This document shows positions 9,825 to 20,035 of a stretch of 64,000 bases of DNA, in pieces. Below the pieces are notes generated by a model. The model worked only from the letters and a program-made list of their open reading frames with translations. It made no database searches and was not told the origin of the DNA. Numbering within the stretch: the stretch's first letter is position 1; each line of letters opens with the position of its first letter. The DNA comes from Fimbriimonadales bacterium (lineage in GTDB: Bacteria > Armatimonadota > Fimbriimonadia > Fimbriimonadales > Fimbriimonadaceae). The stretch is from contig JBBQZV010000012.1 of NCBI GenBank assembly GCA_038207365.1, positions 30,260 to 94,259 of the forward strand. The letters run 5' to 3'. The translations under genes and the position numbers were made by a program.

Positions 9825-11111
9825 CTACGGTTTCGGAAGGTTCGGTAATTTCGGCGGTGACGAAAAATCTGCTGATTGGGTCGACTTTTTGGGTGACCAT
9901 AGAGTCGCTCCCGTGTTTTGAACCATGATCCGGTCCTGACCCACTGTGCGAGGTCCTCCAACCATTTGGTTGGCCGCATCATCCGAAATGGCGATCCCTC
10001 CAACATGTGATTCCTTCTGAAGATGCGCGGCCATGTCAATGACATGCGCAAAGTTAACTGACTTGACATCTCCCCCTGAAGCCGTAATAACCGTGCCAGT
10101 ATGAATCCCGCACCTCATGGCGATCGGAGTACCGAGTCGATTTCTGAAGACGTTCCACTCCCCGATTCCGGTTTGGATATTCCGTGCTGCTGCAAATGCT
10201 TGCTGAGGATTATCGAAGGCGCAAATTATTCCGTCTCCGGCTGTCGAATGAATGTTGCCCCCATACTTGCGGGTGATCCGGGCTACGAATTCGTGATATT
10301 CGTTAAACGTATATTCCAGAGCAAGCGGGTCTGAGTTCACTTTCATTTGAGTGGAACCAGCGATATCCACACTTAGAAATGTCATCACCTGACGCCCATT
10401 TGTCAATTTGTCCTGTAGTTCGCCTAACTGACGAAGGAGATCTTGTCGTTCTGTGGCTGGGTCTTTCAACCCAAGATTCTTGCGGTATTTCCGAGCGAAG
10501 AGGTGGCAAAGCATGCCGCCCCCTGCTCCTAACGCAGTGACCATCGGAAACAGCGTTGAATCCACATTTGCGGGCATCCTAAACAAAAGCAGAAAAACAG
10601 ACTGCATCAAATAGAAGCCGCCAGCGAGGAGAGCGCCGGAAAAGGCTGCTCGTTTGAGATCACGAGCAAGTATCACGTTGTAAATGCCAAAGCAAAAACA
10701 GATTGTTGACAGCATCGTGAAAAGGCCGTAGTTGGACCTTGATTGCTGTTGAGCGATTTGTCCCATCCCAGCCAGGCGCTCATCCAAAATGCAGAGCATA
10801 GCCGCCGAAGTCGCCGACACGCCGGACAGCAAATAACGTCTTGTCGACGGTTCCAAGGTCTGATATTGGGACCGCATCGAGGCAAGGAAGCTCTTCTTTT
10901 CCTTTTCGGTCCTGAGCTTGACCGCTAATCGGACATATTCGGCTGGTGCTCCAGTAGCTTCGGCGACGGCTAGAATTGCCGAGTCGTCTAGTTGCCCGCC
11001 ATTCGCTTCGCGCAGTCTTTCAGCAAGAATCAACATCTGCTCGACGCTATCGTCACTTAACCCGAATTCCGAGCCCTGCAGTGTTATTCCTTGTTCCAAT
11101 TCCAACTCCAA
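9825..11111 (-). CDS. Membrane-anchored class III adenylate/guanylate cyclase
   Basis: About 3 TM helices in the N-terminal half. The C-terminal CHD domain has metal-binding Asp motifs FLSVDIAGST and AGDGIICAF, plus RCGIHTGTV. Confidence 0.8.
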   Translation of the reverse strand: MELELEQGITLQGSEFGLSDDSVEQMLILAERLREANGGQLDDSAILAVAEATGAPAEYVRLAVKLRTEKEKKSFLASMRSQYQTLEPSTRRYLLSGVSATSAAMLCILDERLAGMGQIAQQQSRSNYGLFTMLSTICFCFGIYNVILARDLKRAAFSGALLAGGFYLMQSVFLLLFRMPANVDSTLFPMVTALGAGGGMLCHLFARKYRKNLGLKDPATERQDLLRQLGELQDKLTNGRQVMTFLSVDIAGSTQMKVNSDPLALEYTFNEYHEFVARITRKYGGNIHSTAGDGIICAFDNPQQAFAAARNIQTGIGEWNVFRNRLGTPIAMRCGIHTGTVITASGGDVKSVNFAHVIDMAAHLQKESHVGGIAISDDAANQMVGGPRTVGQDRIMVQNTGATLWSPKKSTQSADFSSPPKLPNLPKP

Positions 11112-11250
11112 GACGATGCTACTTCCGACACTTCCGAGAACTAACGTAGATTGACCCGTGAGGGATGCATTAAACCTACAGTTGCTGCCCCTTATAACAA
11201 TAGAGAGCCGAAGCTAAGGCTTCGGCTCTCCGAGAACGGGCTTCAGTCGA

Positions 11251-12129
11251 TTACTTCTTGAAGACAGGACCGCTTGAGCATCCTGTGGACTGAGGAGTTA
11301 GCTGACCATCCACTCGAGGTGTAACAAAGATCGTTCCAGGCAATGGGCGAGTACCAACCGTGAGGTCCGATGGAACTGGTGCCAGGCATGAAACAATGCT
11401 CGCATCGTATCGAAGCGCGCTGTAAACGAATGAGTGATAAAACGCCGACGGAAGCGAGTCTCCAACGATCGTGAAACTCGTTGTGTTCGTTGGTACGGAG
11501 GCGCGAATTGATCCATCGTATTGGATCGTAACAGTGTCCACTAGGACATTGGATGAGTTATAGAATTGAACTTTGCTTCCTGCCAAGTTCGCGTTATTCG
11601 TTCCCTCTTCCAAAACGTTGGCCAACAGTCGGACTTGTCGGATCTTGAGATCGTATTCAGCCGAGTAAGCATTGCCTTTGTAATTGGCTGTCACGAAGTT
11701 TGGAGTGCTTGTCGCGTTATTGCCGGCGGTGAATTGACCCGTATTAGCGGCAAGAACTCCGTAAGTGGAGGACGAGTCGCTATTCTCGAATGTAACTCCA
11801 GAAAGGATGTGTCGCACTCCGTTCGAGTAGTTCACCAGCTGGAAAATTACCTGCTCACCAGCAGCGATATTTGTAGGGTCTTGAGGACCGAAAACTGTTG
11901 GGTCAAACAAATCGGCCTTTACTGCCAAGTTTGTTGGGTCCTGCAACTGTTGGTCCGTCCACTGGTCGGGGTGCATCAAATTCGTTCGTTGAACGGCAAC
12001 GACCGCTTCAATTCTTGGGTTCAGGTTTAGCACGGTGGCGACATGCTGTTGAGAACCTCCATTTGTACCGCCGCACCCGATCAGAGCTACTGCTAGCCCC
12101 ACGATCAGAAACTGTTGAACGTGCTTCAT
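11251..12129 (-). CDS. Lipoprotein, hypothetical (paralogue of the adjacent lipoprotein)
   Basis: Lipobox signal MKHVQQFLIVGLAVALIGCGG. The C-terminal CLAPVPSD...TGCSSGP motif is shared with the next gene. Confidence 0.5.
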   Translation of the reverse strand: MKHVQQFLIVGLAVALIGCGGTNGGSQQHVATVLNLNPRIEAVVAVQRTNLMHPDQWTDQQLQDPTNLAVKADLFDPTVFGPQDPTNIAAGEQVIFQLVNYSNGVRHILSGVTFENSDSSSTYGVLAANTGQFTAGNNATSTPNFVTANYKGNAYSAEYDLKIRQVRLLANVLEEGTNNANLAGSKVQFYNSSNVLVDTVTIQYDGSIRASVPTNTTSFTIVGDSLPSAFYHSFVYSALRYDASIVSCLAPVPSDLTVGTRPLPGTIFVTPRVDGQLTPQSTGCSSGPVFKK

Positions 12130-12256
12130 CGCGCTCTATTATGCCGGGTAGGGCATTCCTTGTGAAGGTGGTTAGATACAAGATTCATAGGTTCGATCCT
12201 TTAATATTGATAAATTGGAGCTTTGAGACGATTCTCTCGCTACTCAAGACGAAAAA

Positions 12257-13045
12257 CTAGGGTCCGACGCACCCCGTTGGAGGAGGAGGAGGACCGAGAC
12301 TTCTTAGGTCCGGAATCAAGTCATCGGGCAACGGATTGTTGGCTGACGCCGATAAGGGGGTTGGAAGCGGAGCTAGGCAATTGGCACTTTCAATGTATTC
12401 CTTTGCTCCAAAGCCAAACTGGGTGTAGTAAAAATTACTTCCTGGATCAGCAGTCGACATGTCGATCGTGAAACGCGTGGCGGTCGCAGGAGCACTGCCT
12501 CGGAAGGTGCCGTTTCTTGCCGTCTTAGTTTGAGTTAGCAAATGAGCAGTCGAGTCATAGAAGCTGACCCCAACGTTCGCAATGCCGACGCCGGAAAGAT
12601 TTCGCACCTTGCCTGTGATCACATTCTGCCGCGCTAAAACCTCAATCGTCGTGGAATATGTGACGTTAGCAATGATTACCTGAACGTGATACTTCACTCC
12701 GCCAGAGGACCCCACGCCTTTTAGTACACCAGAAGAGCTCACTGTAGCTACAGTTGCAGGCGCATCCGTAACCCAACCAGACGCCGCAACGACGGTCAGA
12801 TTCCCGTTTGTGTCTCGGGAAGTTACTTCAAGTTGAAGCGTGTCTCCTACAAGGATCGATCCAGGATCGACCATTTGCGAAGCATCGCTCGGCGTAATGA
12901 TCGAGACTTGGTATGAAGGATTGGGAGTCCCTGTTGAGGTACCACCGCCGCCGCCCCCTCCGCCTCCACAGCCAACAAGAAGAATAACTGCGGCCAATGC
13001 ACAAGTTCCAAGAATTCCTTTCAAATCATCACCTACAATCTCCAA
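12257..13045 (-). CDS. Lipoprotein with poly-Gly linker, hypothetical (paralogue of the previous gene)
   Basis: Signal and lipobox LLVGCGGGGGGGGGG. The C-terminal CLAPLPTP...PPPPPTGCVGP resembles that of the neighbouring gene. Confidence 0.5.
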   Translation of the reverse strand: MEIVGDDLKGILGTCALAAVILLVGCGGGGGGGGGTSTGTPNPSYQVSIITPSDASQMVDPGSILVGDTLQLEVTSRDTNGNLTVVAASGWVTDAPATVATVSSSGVLKGVGSSGGVKYHVQVIIANVTYSTTIEVLARQNVITGKVRNLSGVGIANVGVSFYDSTAHLLTQTKTARNGTFRGSAPATATRFTIDMSTADPGSNFYYTQFGFGAKEYIESANCLAPLPTPLSASANNPLPDDLIPDLRSLGPPPPPTGCVGP

Positions 13046-13079
13046 TCCAATTTTTCGCTATTAGCCCTTCAAAGAAGAC

Positions 13080-13499
13080 TCAGTCCTTAGCCTTTTCCGT
13101 TCGATTAACCACCTTAGAAATAAAACAGTGAGGCATCAGTTCAACAAGTTTGTATCTAACCTGAGAGCCGGTTGCGGATACCGTGACGATTTCAACTTCC
13201 GCAGGGTTCCCTGAAAACTCAGCAAGAGCTTGCAGGCACGTGCCGCATGGCGTCGCACCGTCGAGCGTAGATACTGCAACTGCCCGAACCTCAAGGGCTC
13301 CCTCGCTAACCATTCTGCATAAAGCCGCACGCTCGGCGCAGACACAAACCCCATAGGAAATGTTCTCCACGTTACAGCCCACCCAGATCTGACCACTCGA
13401 ATCGAGTACGGCCGCTCCGACCGAATAACCACTGTAAGGTGCATAAGCGTTCTTGCGAACGGCGTGGGCTGCTTCAATGAGTGCGTCTAGTTCGTTCAA
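13080..13499 (-). CDS. cdd: Cytidine deaminase
   Basis: 139 aa with the zinc motifs CAER and PCGTCLQ, typical of the CDA family. Confidence 0.85.
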   Translation of the reverse strand: MNELDALIEAAHAVRKNAYAPYSGYSVGAAVLDSSGQIWVGCNVENISYGVCVCAERAALCRMVSEGALEVRAVAVSTLDGATPCGTCLQALAEFSGNPAEVEIVTVSATGSQVRYKLVELMPHCFISKVVNRTEKAKD

Positions 13500-13519
13500 A
13501 GTTCTCTCGGACCTTCCTG

Positions 13520-15853
13520 CTATTTGAAATTGACAATGGTTGCGCCGTGTCCACCTTCCGCAGGCTCCCCGTCTCGAAACGAGGAAACACCGGGATGTTT
13601 TTTCAGGTATTCCTGAGTGACCTTTCGCAGGATGCCCTCACCTTTCCCGTGAATGATTCTAGCGCTTGGTAGTCCCGCGAGCATTGCATCATCAACGAAC
13701 TTCTCAAGGTCACGTGTCGCTTCTTCGGCACGCATGTGGCGCAAATGTAGCTCCGTCGTCGCATTGATCGCCTTGCTCAACTGAATACTTGAGCGCGGCT
13801 TCACCGTCGAAGGTTTAGCCTCGACAGGCGTCAAACTCGTTAGAGGTACGGTGATCTTGATGGCTCCAACCTGTACCAAAACATTGTTGCTACTCGACTC
13901 CTCAAGGACCGTACCAGTCTGGGAGTAGCCATCAATTCGCACCGTCAGCCCCTTTGTAAGGGCACCAGGAGCAATGCCACCCACTTTGGGACCACGCGGC
14001 AGAAACTCTTTCGCGAAATCATGTCCGATATCTTGAAGTTCGTTTAGCTTCTTTCTGACTGAGTCTCGACTGCGTTGATCTCCAGTCGAACTCTTAAGTT
14101 CTTCAAATAGCTTCGTCGCCTCTAACCGGATTTCGCGCAATGCAGCCTCAATGACTTCGTTTGCCTTGCCGTGAGCATTCTTCCGAATTTCTTCGGCTTC
14201 AGCAAGTTTTCGAGCGGCTCGAGCCTCGGCCTTACGCAACTCTTCTGACCGTTTGTCGGCTTCACTCTGGGCAATTCTCGCCAGTCGCTGAGATTGTTCG
14301 AGCTGCTCCATCATCGATGAGACCGTCCCAGCTTGAACTCCAAGGTTCTCTCTGGCACGGTCTACGATCAATTTGGGAATGCCGTACTTCTCTGCAATTC
14401 TCAATGCCTGTGACGCGCCAGGCGCACCCATCAATAGCCGGTAAGTCGGCCTCAAGGATTTGGGATCGAACTCCATCGCCGCGTTTTGGAAGCCGTCCGT
14501 GTTGTAGGCAAATGCCTTGAGTTCACCGTAATGGGTGCTGGCAAGGATTGCTGCACCACGATTTGACATTTCGGTGAGGATCTCTTGAGCTAGAGCGGCT
14601 CCTTCTGCTGGGTCCGTACCAGCGCCGGCTTCATCAAGCAATACAAGGGCACCCTTCTTCAACGTTCTCAGTGCCTCAGCGATATTCTTGATATGGCCGC
14701 TGAACGTAGATAGTGATTGTTCGAGACTTTGTTCGTCTCCAATATCAGCCCATATTTGGGAAAACGGCCCGAACTTGATATCGAGCGCTGGAGGCAAGAG
14801 TCCCGACTGAGCCATGACTACAAAGAGTCCAATGGTTTTTATTGCGACGGTTTTTCCACCGGTGTTGGGCCCAGTTATGAGGACACTGGAGCCCTTTCCA
14901 ACGGCCAAGTCGAGCGGGATGGTCGTTTCTGGATTGAGTAGCGGATGCTTTGCCGATTGAACTTGAATCCAGGCGTCCCCTTGAAGGATCGGCATAGTCC
15001 CCTTCATATCAAAGCCCAAACGAGCCTTAGCGAACGCAAGATCTACCTGGCTAGCAGCCTCAATTCCGCCAGATGCTTCCACGGCGATAGCTCCTACTTT
15101 TGCGCTGAGCTGGGTCAAAATGCGCGCTTCTTCAATCCGCTCTCCAGCCTGAACTTCCCGAAGCGAATTGCCCATCTGCAGAACATCTTCAGGCTCAATA
15201 AATATCGTCTGTCCGCTCGCGCTGGTGTCATGAACGATGCCGCGAATCTTCCCCCGATTCTCTGCCTTAAGAGGAATGACGTATCGACCATCGCGAACCG
15301 TATAAATCGGATCGCTCAGTAATTCACGAGTTTTTCCCGTCGTGTAGCTTTGGATGCGTTCATGGATTCGAGCCGTCGTGCTCTTTTTCTTCTGTCGCAA
15401 TAAGGTTAGGGCGGGACTCGCACCGTCTTTGACGCCTCCATCGGACTCCAGACTATCGAAAAGGGCTTCTTCCACCCGCCTGGCCTCAGGTAAGGCATCG
15501 CCATACGGTGAAAGCAGTGGCATATCGAACCGTCGAGCAGCAAGGAACGTTTTCAGGTTCCGCATTCCCATCAGCGCGTCAGCGATTTGATAGAGCTCCT
15601 GTCCGCCTAACACTCCGCCTTTAGATGCGACTTTCAACGGCTGGCGTAAGTCGCGAATCGGTCCCAATGAAGGGACGTGGTGTTTCGCTAATGCCTCGTG
15701 AGCTTCATTCGTTAGCGATAACAATTGCCAAACGCGCGCTGAATCAAAGGAGGGCCGAAGTTCATCAGCTAAGTCAGCGCCAAGCGCCGTCTCGCATTGT
15801 CTGCCGAGACGCTCTTTGATGACATCGAACTCAAGCACCTTTAGGGCGTGCAT
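13520..15853 (-). CDS. mutS2: Endonuclease MutS2 (MutS domain + C-terminal Smr domain)
   Basis: Walker A GPNTGGKT, a long coiled-coil region, and a C-terminal Smr domain (LHLRHMRAEEA...IIHGKGEGILRK). Confidence 0.85.
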   Translation of the reverse strand: MHALKVLEFDVIKERLGRQCETALGADLADELRPSFDSARVWQLLSLTNEAHEALAKHHVPSLGPIRDLRQPLKVASKGGVLGGQELYQIADALMGMRNLKTFLAARRFDMPLLSPYGDALPEARRVEEALFDSLESDGGVKDGASPALTLLRQKKKSTTARIHERIQSYTTGKTRELLSDPIYTVRDGRYVIPLKAENRGKIRGIVHDTSASGQTIFIEPEDVLQMGNSLREVQAGERIEEARILTQLSAKVGAIAVEASGGIEAASQVDLAFAKARLGFDMKGTMPILQGDAWIQVQSAKHPLLNPETTIPLDLAVGKGSSVLITGPNTGGKTVAIKTIGLFVVMAQSGLLPPALDIKFGPFSQIWADIGDEQSLEQSLSTFSGHIKNIAEALRTLKKGALVLLDEAGAGTDPAEGAALAQEILTEMSNRGAAILASTHYGELKAFAYNTDGFQNAAMEFDPKSLRPTYRLLMGAPGASQALRIAEKYGIPKLIVDRARENLGVQAGTVSSMMEQLEQSQRLARIAQSEADKRSEELRKAEARAARKLAEAEEIRKNAHGKANEVIEAALREIRLEATKLFEELKSSTGDQRSRDSVRKKLNELQDIGHDFAKEFLPRGPKVGGIAPGALTKGLTVRIDGYSQTGTVLEESSSNNVLVQVGAIKITVPLTSLTPVEAKPSTVKPRSSIQLSKAINATTELHLRHMRAEEATRDLEKFVDDAMLAGLPSARIIHGKGEGILRKVTQEYLKKHPGVSSFRDGEPAEGGHGATIVNFK

Positions 15854-15974
15854 TCTAACTACTATTGTGACAGGACACCCTGCCCTCTAGCTCAAATGCA
15901 GGTAAATGCCAACCTAGAAGTACCCGGTAACGCGAAACACACGCCGAAATGGGACGTCGTAGTATCCTAAAACT

Positions 15975-16628
15975 ATGGTTCTGTCACTGGTCGCTCTCGC
16001 CCTATTCGCTCCTAAGAGCATCACGCTCGTGCCTAAAGAAACTGTGTGGGTTTACGCAAATGCGAGTACTCCGGGAGACGGAACATTTTTGCGGGCTTGG
16101 GGCGTTGATGGTAAGGCTTGCCAACCGGATGGTGAAGATGCGGGACAATTTTCCTATAGCTACTTGAAGTGGGACCTCGCTAACCTTCCAAAGGGCTCGA
16201 AACTACTCTCCGCGAAGCTAATGCTGAGTCAGACTCCAGATCCCGGCTACACAGTTGACGCAGCCAAGCGATGTCCGCTCGAAGTACGACCTCTTTTGGG
16301 TGAATTCGACGCCAAGAAATGGGCCTTCGAAATGTCGCTCAAAGTACGGCCAAATGGTGACGCAAAGTCTATCTTCGGAACGGGATATCCGCTCGAGATT
16401 CCGAAGGAAGTGCCCGTCTCCATGACGGTCAACCTTTTGACGGGGCCTAATAGCTTCGCTAAAGCCCTTATGGAAGCGGTCGATTCAAAAAGCCACTCGA
16501 TCAGCTTGTGCTTAACCGCTAAGTTGGACCCTGCAAATGACGGTAGGTCATTTGTCTATAAATTCTTTGGTCAGAGCGAGTCAAAAGAGTGGCTAAGGCC
16601 ACAGCTTGTTCTTACGTTTGAGGAATAA
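15975..16628 (+). CDS. Secreted hypothetical protein
   Basis: Hydrophobic N-terminus; 217 aa; no assignable motif. Confidence 0.35.
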   Translation: MVLSLVALALFAPKSITLVPKETVWVYANASTPGDGTFLRAWGVDGKACQPDGEDAGQFSYSYLKWDLANLPKGSKLLSAKLMLSQTPDPGYTVDAAKRCPLEVRPLLGEFDAKKWAFEMSLKVRPNGDAKSIFGTGYPLEIPKEVPVSMTVNLLTGPNSFAKALMEAVDSKSHSISLCLTAKLDPANDGRSFVYKFFGQSESKEWLRPQLVLTFEE

Positions 16629-16709
16629 TTCGAACATTGGATAAGCGCAAGACGTCAAATTCCGCATGTTACAAACGGCAAAATCCTTAAACATAGGGGG
16701 ACCAACGAT

Positions 16710-18062
16710 TTGACAGCGCAAGAGAGGCTTGAGGATGTACAGGACCTTCAGAAAGCGCAGGAAGGCTCAGAACCACCAAGCAAAAAGATTCCAATCTGGA
16801 AAAGTCTTGGTCCTGGTCTCATCACCGGTGCAGCAGATGATGATCCCTCTGGTGTAGGAACCTATTCGGTCACAGGTGCCCAATTTGGGTATAGCCTCCT
16901 GTGGCTGGTACCGCTTTGCCTCCCGTTGATGATCGCGGTTCAGGAAATGTGCGGAAGAATAGCAGTCGTAACTGGGCAAGGGCTTGCTGTAGTTATCAAG
17001 AACCACTATCCAAAGTGGTTACTCTATTTCAGCGTCTTCCTGTTAATCAGCGCTAACATCATCAACATTTATGCTGACCTTAACGTTATGGCGGCCTCGG
17101 CAAAGATGCTCTTCGGCCAGTCTCAAACGATTTGGTTGGTCGCCATAACACTTACGATCTGTCTTTCGATTGTCGTCGTGCCGTATCGCAGCTATGTCCG
17201 GTACCTCAAGTGGCTGTGTCTAGCTCTGGGTGCATACATTTTCGTAGCTTTTATGCCTGGGGTTAAGAATGATTGGCCCCAGATCTTTAAGCATTTGGCG
17301 ATACCTTCGTGGTCGAGTAAGCCAGGATTCATGCTTACGATTGTTGGATTCCTTGGAACAACTATTTCTCCCTACCTTTTCTTTTGGCAGGCCAGTGAGC
17401 AGGTTGAAGAGTCTGTTTCGGAGGGAACTGCTTATGCGGACGTTCATGCAGGACGCCGGCGACCAGTTAAGAACCAGGAAATGCGAAGACTCGCGACTGA
17501 TACCACGATCGGAATGGTCGTTTCGCAGATGGTTGCTTTTTTCATTGTCGTTTGTGCGGCAGGGACACTGCACGCATCTGGAAAGACAGACATTAACACA
17601 GCCCAAGATGCGGCGAAGGCATTGCTGCCCTTAGGAAAGTCTGCCTATTGGTTATTTACCTTAGCGATCCTAAGCATGGGTTTGTTGGCGATCCCTACCC
17701 TTGCCGGATCTGCAGCCTATGCCGTAGCTGAAGTCGGAGGCTGGAAGTCCGGACTTTTTCGACGATTCACGCGTGCACGGCCGTTCTATCTGACGATTGC
17801 AGCTATGGTTTTCGTGGGTTTCCTTCTGAATTTCGCTCACGCGATTGATCCCATAAAGGGGTTACTGTATTCGGCCGCCATTAACGGAATTGTTGCTCCT
17901 CCGTTGATTTTCGTTCTCCTTCTCATTTGTAATAACAAATCAATCGTAGGCAAACGAGTCAACGGACTATGGTCAAACCTATTCGGCGGGTTATCGTGCC
18001 TGCTCATGACTGGGGCTGCTGGCTACTTACTTTTCTCTATGGCGACCAACAAATCGCCTTAA
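16710..18062 (+). CDS. mntH: Nramp-family divalent metal (Mn2+/Fe2+) transporter
   Basis: The Nramp signature DDDPSGVGTYSVTGAQFGY is followed by about 11 TM helices. The start is probably TTG at 16710, preceded by an AGGGGGA RBS. Confidence 0.8.
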   Translation: MTAQERLEDVQDLQKAQEGSEPPSKKIPIWKSLGPGLITGAADDDPSGVGTYSVTGAQFGYSLLWLVPLCLPLMIAVQEMCGRIAVVTGQGLAVVIKNHYPKWLLYFSVFLLISANIINIYADLNVMAASAKMLFGQSQTIWLVAITLTICLSIVVVPYRSYVRYLKWLCLALGAYIFVAFMPGVKNDWPQIFKHLAIPSWSSKPGFMLTIVGFLGTTISPYLFFWQASEQVEESVSEGTAYADVHAGRRRPVKNQEMRRLATDTTIGMVVSQMVAFFIVVCAAGTLHASGKTDINTAQDAAKALLPLGKSAYWLFTLAILSMGLLAIPTLAGSAAYAVAEVGGWKSGLFRRFTRARPFYLTIAAMVFVGFLLNFAHAIDPIKGLLYSAAINGIVAPPLIFVLLLICNNKSIVGKRVNGLWSNLFGGLSCLLMTGAAGYLLFSMATNKSP

Positions 18063-18079
18063 CCGGTATCTTAACATTG

Positions 18080-18814
18080 ATGTCACTGCCCCTTGGACTC
18101 CTTTCGATTCTGGTCGCCCTTCAGCTTCCAAATCCAGCAACGGTACCTGTTCCCCAGCATGGATTCGAAGCGCGCCACGCTGACAAAGTAACTCAACTGA
18201 AGCGACACAAATTTAACTTGCTGATGATCGGCGACTCTATTACACATAATTTTGAAAAGGAAGTGTATCAGCCGATCTGGAGGCAGTACTTCAAACCGCG
18301 AAACGCGATCAACCTTGGCTACAGCGGAGCACGAACAGAGAACACCATCTGGAATCTCCAAAACGGAGAGCTAACAGGTCAAACTCCAAAAGTAGCCGTC
18401 CTTCTCATTGGGACAAACAACGCCGATGAGACGAATTACCCAACTCACCATACGGCAGAGCAAATTGCTGAGGGTGTCAAGGTTATTGTCCAGACGATTC
18501 ATCAACATTCTCCGAAGACCAAGATATTGATGCTGGCGTGCTTTCCCTATGGTGAAAATCCCAGCGCAAACTCGCGCGGCATCGTTCTCCAAAATGCTGC
18601 CAAGATCTATCGGGCGAATGCTGATAATTCCAGGGTCTTCTTTCTTGATATAGGAAAGGTATTCCTCAAAGCTGACGGTTCAATGAACAAAGACGTGATG
18701 CCTGATTACTTGCATCCAAATGTAACCGGTGCTTTGCTTTGGGCGAGAGAAATGGAACCCATGCTGTGCAAGCTGATGGGTGACGAAAATCGAAACGTGC
18801 CTACAGGGGGCTAA
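18080..18814 (+). CDS. SGNH/GDSL hydrolase family protein (secreted)
   Basis: Block I LLMIGDSITHNF and block III VLLIGTNNAD; signal peptide MSLPLGLLSILVALQL. The start was trimmed from the 17969 ORF to remove the overlap with the Nramp gene. Confidence 0.65.
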   Translation: MSLPLGLLSILVALQLPNPATVPVPQHGFEARHADKVTQLKRHKFNLLMIGDSITHNFEKEVYQPIWRQYFKPRNAINLGYSGARTENTIWNLQNGELTGQTPKVAVLLIGTNNADETNYPTHHTAEQIAEGVKVIVQTIHQHSPKTKILMLACFPYGENPSANSRGIVLQNAAKIYRANADNSRVFFLDIGKVFLKADGSMNKDVMPDYLHPNVTGALLWAREMEPMLCKLMGDENRNVPTGG

Positions 18815-19444
18815 AGCACCCATCGAATGAATTTATTGATCACTCGTTGTGTCGAAAGTCCCAGTGCAAGGAATTTCAAGACCAATCAACCAGTCTATAG
18901 ATCTTGAGCGTTCGTCGTTTCTAAATTGAAACGCGACAGTTCTGAGCCATTGGCAAAAGGAGAGCAAAGTGGGGCCGTTAAGGAATGCGTGGGCAACAAC
19001 GCTGGACTATACCCCCACGGGCTCCCGTCAATAGTCGAGATTCAACGACTACTAAGGCCCCATCGGCGTCGAACATGACGCTCTAGTGAACCAAAGATCA
19101 CACGGTCGGCAAACAAGCCAAGACCCATTATTACGATCATCACTGCGATAACTTGGCTCATGTCGGATAATTCCCGTCAATGCCACAGAAACCTATCCGA
19201 TGAGTGGTTGGGAAAATAAAACTGTGGGAGAAATGGATTTTTCACAGGAAATGCGTGTTGATTTTGCCCGGTCATGACCCGCAAATCCCAATTTTTTCCA
19301 GTAGTCCCTTTAGAAGTCAGAGAAATCTTTAAGTATTTTCAGACCTCGCGATAGATTCAGACCTGCTTGTGCGACTTGAAGAAACAGAGGAGTTTTCAAA
19401 CGGCCCGTACAATGTATCGAACCCGTTTATAGAGACCAATTCAG

Positions 19445-20035
19445 ATGCGAATGACACCCATAGAACCCGCAACCAAGGCTCCACCATGGAATGGCGAATC
19501 AAGCAATCCTATACCAGAGTCTCTTGTTGACTCACGAGCCAGGCAACCCGAAGATCTTGTACGCCTTTTCTCGGGAGACATTTGGCGATACGTCGCGTCG
19601 CAAGTGAGCCGAAAAGAGGACGCTGAAGACATAACGATGGAAGTCTTCGCTGCCGCATTTTCAGACTTTGCCAAGATCCAGAGGGCAGACGATCAGAAGG
19701 TTTGGCTGCTTTCAATCGCAAGGCGAAAGGTAGCTGACACGTTGAGGAAGCGTTATCGACGAAAGGAGCAATCATTCTCGTCACTGAACGACACCGCGAG
19801 TTTGCCCATGTTCACTGAAGTTCAACTTGCGACGCGAGGCGCCCTGGAGCAATTGCCAGAAAATCAGCGAGAAGTGCTTATCTTAAAGTACATCAATGGA
19901 CTCAGCACCGAAGAAGTAGGCAGTGTCATTCGACAGTCGATAGCCGCAACGAATAGCCTCTTGCAGCGTTCGCGTGAAAGCTTGCGCAAAGCCCTCGGCC
20001 CCCAAGTATTGGGCCACACAGGAGAGACGGTATGA
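19445..20035 (+). CDS. RNA polymerase ECF-type sigma-70 factor
   Basis: Region 2 (DITMEVFAAAFSDF...WLLSIARRKVADTLRKRYRR) and region 4 (LSTEEVGSVIRQSIAATNSLLQRSRESLRKAL). Confidence 0.8.
   Translation: MRMTPIEPATKAPPWNGESSNPIPESLVDSRARQPEDLVRLFSGDIWRYVASQVSRKEDAEDITMEVFAAAFSDFAKIQRADDQKVWLLSIARRKVADTLRKRYRRKEQSFSSLNDTASLPMFTEVQLATRGALEQLPENQREVLILKYINGLSTEEVGSVIRQSIAATNSLLQRSRESLRKALGPQVLGHTGETV

Noticed and set aside
9785-10069. 94-aa minus-strand ORF overlapping the cyclase gene
   Set aside because: It is an alternative frame within the CHD domain coding region of 9825..11111. The cyclase frame carries all the catalytic motifs.
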